A DNA stretch of 63,926 nt, counting the filler, from an uncultured Gemmatimonadota bacterium (GTDB lineage: Bacteria; Blakebacterota; Blakebacteria; Blakebacterales; Blakebacteraceae): NCBI GenBank assembly GCA_964576115.1. It is 5 parts of 5 records of this genome, joined end to end, with 100 filler letters (N's around TTAATTAATTAA, not from the genome) between each part and the next. Parts side by side here need not be neighbours in the genome. Positions count along the whole stretch, not along the records: positions 56,082 to 63,926 come from CAZNUA010000094.1; 4 more parts are not named here. One strand, given 5' to 3'. Each line of letters starts with the position of its first letter. Within the stretch, counting starts at the first letter, position 1. Made by a program: the position numbers and the translations under genes. Shown piece by piece: positions 58,183-63,926 of the stretch. The notes below the pieces were generated by a model. The model did not search any database. It was not told the origin of the DNA and saw only the letters and a program-made list of their open reading frames with translations.

Positions 58183-59068
58183 CGGAGCCCCACTCACCCG
58201 CCAGGTAGCGGATGATGCGTTCGTAGAGTCCGGGGGCATTCTGATCTTCATCTCCGCCGGCGATGGTCGGGTTGTCGTTGACCTCGATGACGATACAGTC
58301 GTCGCCAACCTGCTTCAGATCCACCCCATACAGCCCCTCGCCGATCGCCGCGGCGGCCCGCCGGGCGGTGTCGAGAAGCAGGGGATCGACCGCGTCGAGC
58401 GCCACCCCCCGGACCCGGCCCGAGATCACCCGCCCGCCGTTGGTATAGGTCAGGATCTTCCACTGTTTGCGGGGAATGAGGTAGCGGCAGGCATAGAGCA
58501 CCTCCCCGGCCAGGATCCCCACCCGCCAGTCGAATTCGGAACGGATGAAGCGCTGGGCGATGAGACGATCGGCCCGGCGCAGGTACCGGCGCCCGACCGT
58601 GGAAAAGGCCTCGGGGGTTTCGACCCGCTCGACATGCATCGAGAAACTGGAGTTGGGAGCCTTGAGAACCAGCGGAGAGCCGAGCCGGGCGAGGAGTTCT
58701 TCACCCTTTTCCAGAGTGACCTCGCCCGGACGCAGTAGAACCGTTTCAGGCAGGGGCACCCCGGCCCGCTGCAGGCGGCTGTACATGTTGACCTTGTCGC
58801 AGCAGACGACGATGGACCGCGGATCGTCGATCACCCGCAGGCCGTGCATCTGGGCCAGGCGGCTGGCGAGGTAGGAGGAGTTGAGGGGATCGGTTAAAGC
58901 CCTGATGAAGAGGGCGTCGTAGCCGGGGATCTTGTACATGTCGGGGCGGAAGAGCACATCGAGCCGGTGGCCCAGTTTCTGCGCCGCCTGACCGAAGCGC
59001 AGCAGGGCCTCCATCTCTTCGGAACGGGCAATGGTGTAGCGCTCGACAAAGACCCCTATCGTGGCCAT
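58175..59068 (-). CDS. RimK-family ATP-grasp ligase
   Basis: ALFIRA, VIDDP, DKV, VLKAPNSSFS, QRFI..DWRVG, YGVDLK, IEVNDNP. Confidence 0.92.
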   Translation of the reverse strand: MATIGVFVERYTIARSEEMEALLRFGQAAQKLGHRLDVLFRPDMYKIPGYDALFIRALTDPLNSSYLASRLAQMHGLRVIDDPRSIVVCCDKVNMYSRLQRAGVPLPETVLLRPGEVTLEKGEELLARLGSPLVLKAPNSSFSMHVERVETPEAFSTVGRRYLRRADRLIAQRFIRSEFDWRVGILAGEVLYACRYLIPRKQWKILTYTNGGRVISGRVRGVALDAVDPLLLDTARRAAAAIGEGLYGVDLKQVGDDCIVIEVNDNPTIAGGDEDQNAPGLYERIIRYLAGEWGSDA

Positions 59069-59718
59069 ACGAGGGCTCCTGCGAGACGATCCCTTTCGGC
59101 CGCCGTCAGGACCTGCCAGGGAAGCGGCCAGATCCCGGTCAGAACCGGTGGGACTCCGGCCCGTACCGCAACCCGAACCCGGGCGATGGGGATGCCGAAA
59201 ATCTCCCAGACGGCAGCCGCGACCGGCCGGAAGGCGGGGACGCGGGTCCAGCCCAGGAAGGTCCGGATATGCCGCAGCTGTTCGACTGAGTCCAGTTCCT
59301 GGCAGCAGATGGCGTAAGTGTGGTTGCGGGTCAGGGAACGTGCTACCCGCTCCTGCTGGGCCGAACTGCGGACCACCCGCTGGCGGTTCATGAAGGGATT
59401 GAGGGTGTCGATCAGTACCGGCGGTTCGAAGTAGGAGTTGGTGATGTAGTACGGCAGGGTGTCGAGACCGGCCGTGCGAGCCCGTTCTATCATGAGCGGC
59501 GTGATATAGGCGTCGAGGACCTCCCGGCAGGTGGGGTGAACCGGCTCGCCGGCCTGCTCGAGTTCCTGAGAGAGATAGTACCCCCCGGTCAGATAATCGT
59601 AGTCACCGGAGATGTTGACCCAGCAGGCTCCGCTCTCTGACCAGGCATACCCCGGTTCGGGCGGTTCCCGGGAAGACGTTGTCCCCATCGGGTGTCGGAT
59701 GTCTCCGTCAGCGGCCAC
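59056..59718 (-). CDS. Stand-alone RLAN (RimK-like ATP-grasp N-terminal) domain protein
   Basis: VNISGDYDYLTGGYYLSQELE..VHPT..LD matches the RLAN pattern; start may be 59688. Confidence 0.75.
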   Translation of the reverse strand: MAADGDIRHPMGTTSSREPPEPGYAWSESGACWVNISGDYDYLTGGYYLSQELEQAGEPVHPTCREVLDAYITPLMIERARTAGLDTLPYYITNSYFEPPVLIDTLNPFMNRQRVVRSSAQQERVARSLTRNHTYAICCQELDSVEQLRHIRTFLGWTRVPAFRPVAAAVWEIFGIPIARVRVAVRAGVPPVLTGIWPLPWQVLTAAERDRLAGALVWPR

Positions 59719-60348
59719 AGGGGCCGGTCACCGCCGCTTGATCTGCCCGCCGTAGACTATCGGGGAACCGAATCGGTCAGAGAGCAGATACCCGTCAGCA
59801 GCACGGTGGATCGCGCGGCCCGATCCGCCGTCGGAGATAAAATACGTCATCCGCGACACAAATGAGGGGAAAAACCCTGCATCCGGCCGTGCCGCCAACG
59901 GTTCCCGGTGCTCTCAGTCCGAACGGACCGGAAAGAGGATCCGCGTCTGCAGATCCTCGGGGGCGGTGGTCTGCGGGTCGTTGAGGTATTCCTCCTACGC
60001 TGGACCGGCGGGCATCTGCCCCTGCTCGCCGAGACACCCGGCGATCCGGCCCCAGGCCGGTCCCAGGACCATCGGCTACTGTTCGACCGATGACCGCGTC
60101 CGAACGTTCAGACCGGGTTAATCGTCTAGACGGATGATCTCGCACCCCATCGACATGTTCTGCCGCCTCTCCTGGCAGGTCACTGCGATCCGGAGATCAA
60201 ACAGGATTGCAGACTGGACGGGCCAGTTGCACCCCGACCGGCACCTGACTTATAAATGGGAAGCGCCGGATGGACTTGATCCGTCCGCGGGAGGATGATC
60301 CACACCCATGTGGATCCAACAGAGTGAACGTCCGGCAAGGCCTGAACT

Positions 60349-62346
60349 GTGACCACTGCCGCCGAACCGGAGCCAGCCGCCAATCTGGCCCCCGAACTGG
60401 TCGACCTGCTGACCGAGCTCGCCCGGGCGGTGCAGCGGTATGCCATGTACCCGGAGGGCCATCCCGCCCGTACCGCCACCGTCGAGCAGTGCCTGGCGGC
60501 GATGATGCCCGTGCTCGAGAGCCGCACCCGCCTGGTTCTGCGAATCAACCGCGATTCGATCGAGATCGGCGACCGCGCTACCGATCCCGGCGGCGCCCTG
60601 CTCGCCAATTTCGCCGGCCGTCTGTATGAGCACCAGCTCGGCGAGCTGGCAATCAACAGCGGTCTGACGCCCGACGAACTGACCGGTTTACTCGCAGTCG
60701 TCTCCCTGCCAGCCGGCCGAGGTGTCGAACCTCTCGGTAACTCCTCCGCAGCGGACCTGAAAAAGTGGCCGCACATCGAGCTGTTGCCGATCACCTTCGA
60801 GGGCATCTCCCTGTCGCGGGACCGGCCTTCCGGCCGGGTCGCCAGAGGAGACGAGCCGACAGGCGATCTCGAACCACCGGCCGGCAGCGAGGAGATTGCC
60901 GCCGAACCCGACTCTCAGGGCACCGGAGAGGACAGCGGGGAACTCGACGTGCGGGGCTTTCCCGCCCTTACCCGTCTGCTGCAGGGGGACGGGGATTCCG
61001 ATCCCGAAGAGGTCAGGCGGGAGGTCTCCCGGCTGATCCTCAACCTCGATCCGCGCACTCTGAACCAGCTCACCGCGGCCCTGCCGGCCGAGATGCAGGC
61101 CGAGGGACTCGAAGGAGCCGTGACCCGCGCGGCAGCCAACTTCATTGCTGCGGCCGCGGCCGGGGAAGAAGGCAACGAGCACTCCGCCCAGATGCTGCGC
61201 ATTCTCACTAAATTAGGCATGTCGAAGGAAACCCCGGATCGCGCCGCCGATCCCGAGTCGGTGGAGAACCTGACTGAACTCATGAGCCGGCTCGGGAGCG
61301 ACTGGAGCGTAGAGGACGCCACCCCGCAGGAATACAAAGAGCAGCTTCAGAGCTTTTCCCGTCAGGCTCCCATCCTCTCGATCATCTCGACCTGGATGGA
61401 AGAGCCGACGTCGGGCCGGATCGTACAGATGGGGCTGGAACTCAACCAGATCAGCCCCCCGGTGCACTATGCTGCGACCTCGATGATCCGCGACGGCCAC
61501 CTCGAGGAACTGCTCGATATCCTCGAGACGACTCCCGAGAGCGTGGCCTGCGTGGATGAAATCTGGGATGATGTCCTGACCCGGGACACGGTACGGACTC
61601 TGGTCGAACCCGAACCGCCCGCCTTTTCACTGCTCGACCGACTTCTGTCCCGCCTCGAGGAGGAAACGATCGAACCTCTCTTCGATCTCTACTGCAACGG
61701 CCGTCCCCCGGAGACCCGGACCGCCACCCTCGAACGCCTCGTCACCCTGGCGGAGAACACCGGTCCCATGGCGGTCCGGCGCCTGGACGACGAGCGGGGT
61801 TCGATCCGACGTGATATGCTTATCCTGATCGGCCATCTGCCCGATCCGCCCGAGGACTTCTCCCCTGTGGCGTGGCTGGTCGATCCCGAGGTCGACGTAC
61901 GCCGGGAAGCCATCCGGCTGGCCCTGGCCGGTACCGAGGAACGCGAGATCGCCCTGGCTTCGGCCCTGAACGACAGCGACAGCGAAATCGTCCTGATGGG
62001 TCTTGAGGCAGCTGCCACCGAATGCCCGCCCGAGATCGTGCCGGCGATCACATCCCTGATCGAGACTCCCAGAACGCAGGCCCGCATCCGTCTGGCAGCG
62101 ATTCGGGCCCTGGCTGCAACCGACACGCCCGAAACCCTGCACTTCCTGATCCGGATGACCTGGGTGCGCAAGCTGTTCTTCTTCCGCACCCTGGCTCCGA
62201 AATCGGCAGACATGCTCGAGGCTCTGTCGGTGCTGGCCCGGGGGTGGAGCGAGCATGCCGAAGTGCAGCGGGTTCTGAGTGCGGCACGCAAGTCGAAGGA
62301 CCCGCAGATCAGAGCCGTGGTCGCCAGGGCGGAGACCGGATCATGA
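60349..62346 (+). CDS. HEAT-repeat protein with N-terminal YxxGHP domain
   Basis: C-terminal HEAT repeats LDDERGSIRR, DPEVDVRREAIR, LNDSDSEI, IRLAAIRAL, SKDPQIR. Confidence 0.8.
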   Translation: MTTAAEPEPAANLAPELVDLLTELARAVQRYAMYPEGHPARTATVEQCLAAMMPVLESRTRLVLRINRDSIEIGDRATDPGGALLANFAGRLYEHQLGELAINSGLTPDELTGLLAVVSLPAGRGVEPLGNSSAADLKKWPHIELLPITFEGISLSRDRPSGRVARGDEPTGDLEPPAGSEEIAAEPDSQGTGEDSGELDVRGFPALTRLLQGDGDSDPEEVRREVSRLILNLDPRTLNQLTAALPAEMQAEGLEGAVTRAAANFIAAAAAGEEGNEHSAQMLRILTKLGMSKETPDRAADPESVENLTELMSRLGSDWSVEDATPQEYKEQLQSFSRQAPILSIISTWMEEPTSGRIVQMGLELNQISPPVHYAATSMIRDGHLEELLDILETTPESVACVDEIWDDVLTRDTVRTLVEPEPPAFSLLDRLLSRLEEETIEPLFDLYCNGRPPETRTATLERLVTLAENTGPMAVRRLDDERGSIRRDMLILIGHLPDPPEDFSPVAWLVDPEVDVRREAIRLALAGTEEREIALASALNDSDSEIVLMGLEAAATECPPEIVPAITSLIETPRTQARIRLAAIRALAATDTPETLHFLIRMTWVRKLFFFRTLAPKSADMLEALSVLARGWSEHAEVQRVLSAARKSKDPQIRAVVARAETGS

Positions 62347-63473
62347 GCGCCGCCGCCGGACAGTTTCTGAAGTCGCTGGCGCGCAGCTTCAGCGCGATCA
62401 GCCTCTACGCCGACGGCCATCCCGCCCGGGTCCAGGCAGCCGACGATGTGTACAACGCCCTGACTGCACTGCTTGTCGAGCACCCGAGACCGACCTTTAC
62501 CCTGCTCGAAGGCGGCGTTATCTACAACAACCAGCCCCTGCGGGAGTTCCGCGACTGGGCGCCGGGACGCAACCTGGCCGCCGTGGACGTCGAACGCTTC
62601 GAGTTCACCCCGGGAATCCAGCGGGAGGAAGTGGATTACTTTCTGCTCGAGCTGGCGGTCCGGATCGGGAGCCGCGGCAAGCAGGCCCCGCCCCCCCGCT
62701 ATCATCCCAACATCGATTACGGTCCCATCCGACGCGATGACGAGGAATCGGCCGACATCAATCTCGGGGAGCAGCGAGTCACCGTCGACGAGTTGCACGA
62801 CGAGGCGATAAAAAAAGGAAAGGTACCCATCGAACTGGCCCGCAATGTGATCGATACCCTCTCGATGGCGATGCAATCCGAAGGCCAGCTCCTGGTCCCC
62901 CTCGTGCCCCTGCGCGAGACCGACGAATACACCACCGTACATGCCATGAACACCTCGGTCCTGGCGATGGCTCTGGGGGAGTTTCTGAATCTCTCGGCCC
63001 CCGACGTGCGGGTCATCGGAGAAGCCGGTCTGCTGCACGATGTCGGCAAGGTCTCGGTGCCGCTCGAGATCCTGAACAAGCCCGACAAGCTCGACGAACG
63101 GGAATGGGAGATCATGCGAACCCACCCGGTCGAGGGCGCCAAGATCATCCTGGCCTCCGGGGGTGACCTGACCCTGCCGGCCATGGCCGCTTACGAGCAC
63201 CATCTGAAGTGGAACGGTGAGGGGGGCTACCCCGACCTGCTCTGGCCCCGCCGGCCGCATCGCATCAGCCAGTTCATTCACCTCTGCGACGCCTACGACG
63301 CCATGCGTACAAAGCGTCCCTTCCAGGCGCCGCTGCCGCACGAGGAGATTCTCGCCATTCTCGAAAAGGGCGCCGGAGTGGAGTTCGAGCCCGAAATCGT
63401 CAACTGTTTCACCCGCATGATGCGCGAGTGGGTCTCCCAGATGGTGATCGCCGACGGCGAGGAGACGAGCTGA
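62343..63473 (+). CDS. HD-GYP phosphodiesterase
   Basis: YTTVH, LLHDVGK, ILNKPDKL, HPVEG, EHH..GGYP, DAYDAM; ATGA overlap with the HEAT gene. Confidence 0.92.
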   Translation: MSAAAGQFLKSLARSFSAISLYADGHPARVQAADDVYNALTALLVEHPRPTFTLLEGGVIYNNQPLREFRDWAPGRNLAAVDVERFEFTPGIQREEVDYFLLELAVRIGSRGKQAPPPRYHPNIDYGPIRRDDEESADINLGEQRVTVDELHDEAIKKGKVPIELARNVIDTLSMAMQSEGQLLVPLVPLRETDEYTTVHAMNTSVLAMALGEFLNLSAPDVRVIGEAGLLHDVGKVSVPLEILNKPDKLDEREWEIMRTHPVEGAKIILASGGDLTLPAMAAYEHHLKWNGEGGYPDLLWPRRPHRISQFIHLCDAYDAMRTKRPFQAPLPHEEILAILEKGAGVEFEPEIVNCFTRMMREWVSQMVIADGEETS

Positions 63474-63509
63474 GATCGATCACGGACAGAGCGGGGCATT
63501 CCAAAAGAA

Positions 63510-63541
63510 ATGTGCCGGATTGAGTGCTCAATCCGGCACAT
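63510..63541. terminator. Perfect inverted repeat between convergent genes
   Basis: ATGTGCCGGATTGAG-TG-CTCAATCCGGCACAT, preceded by AAAAGAA (U-tract on the minus strand). Confidence 0.8.
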
Positions 63542-63626
63542 CCTGAACAGGGTATGAAAGGCTGCCTGAAAAGGGACACTGCCGGGCCGTATCAGCCCGG
63601 CAGTATGCGTCTCGCAGACGAGGGCT

Positions 63627-63926
63627 CTATCCGAGCAGATCCGCTATCAGGTCCTCGAGATCGGTCCTGAAGTCGGTCAACCCATCACCGGTCACGAAGT
63701 CTTTGGGGCGTTCCTGCCCATCCGCGTGCTTCAGGACGTCATTCAGCTGTTCAGCGGCCAGCACGTAATTCCCCGCCTCGATCATGTTCTGGGCCGACGC
63801 CAGCATGTGCCCGAGCGCCCGCGCCTTGTTACCCGCTGAATTCCCTTTGCCCACACCCTCGATCGTCTTCCCCAGGTTTCCATCATAATAATCGATCAGC
63901 GCGGCGATTTGATCTTCAGGGGTGGA
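63627..63926 (-). CDS. C-terminal part of a protein entering from beyond the window (FIMAH-like helical domain)
   Basis: Frame open to the window end: STPEDQIAALIDYY..MLASAQNMIEAGNY..LIADLLG. Confidence 0.55.
   Translation of the reverse strand, partial: STPEDQIAALIDYYDGNLGKTIEGVGKGNSAGNKARALGHMLASAQNMIEAGNYVLAAEQLNDVLKHADGQERPKDFVTGDGLTDFRTDLEDLIADLLG

Noticed and set aside
59862..59984. 40-aa ORF (MRGKTLHPAV..) as a precursor peptide for the ATP-grasp ligase
   Set aside because: No clear RBS, opposite strand to the operon, and no graspetide-like core or repeated motif.

Overview
Five unlinked contig pieces (1-21788, 21889-37003, 37104-46894, 46995-55981, 56082-63926) are joined by artificial 100-bp spacers (N-run, TTAATTAATTAA, N-run), so adjacency across a spacer is not evidence of linkage. 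The DNA is GC-rich and from a diderm bacterium, probably anaerobic or microaerophilic and Gemmatimonadota/FCB-like (inferred from gene content). Piece 1 is a minus-strand housekeeping and envelope run: tRNA-Phe, tRNA-Thr, glmM, a sigma-54 activator, degP, a probable 6S RNA, OM barrel, cpoB, bamD, nadD, serS, a histidine kinase, dtd, GHL10 hydrolase, a Tat-exported class V aminotransferase, Fic and clostripain. Piece 2 holds redox and lipid genes: disulfide oxidoreductase, ECF sigma/zinc anti-sigma, PPi-type Pfk, a ceramide-synthase-like GNAT with a DAG-kinase-family kinase, a MITE-like palindrome, rubredoxin and a flavodiiron protein. Piece 3 has a sigma-54 activator followed by a -24/-12 promoter and a tail-less ssb operon, then an accessory block of beta-propeller paralogues, one bracketed by integron attC-like remnants. 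Piece 4 has a coiled-coil lipoprotein/LysM pair, phoH-7TM-HD-ybeY-corC, ArsR, an FmdB protein with a candidate selenocysteine UGA, tRNA-fMet and a low-GC island. Piece 5 has a split RLAN / ATP-grasp / GNAT-C39 operon and a HEAT-repeat / HD-GYP pair that share an N-terminal domain. No CRISPR array, integrase or transposase was seen. All family calls come from reading motifs by eye; no database search was run.
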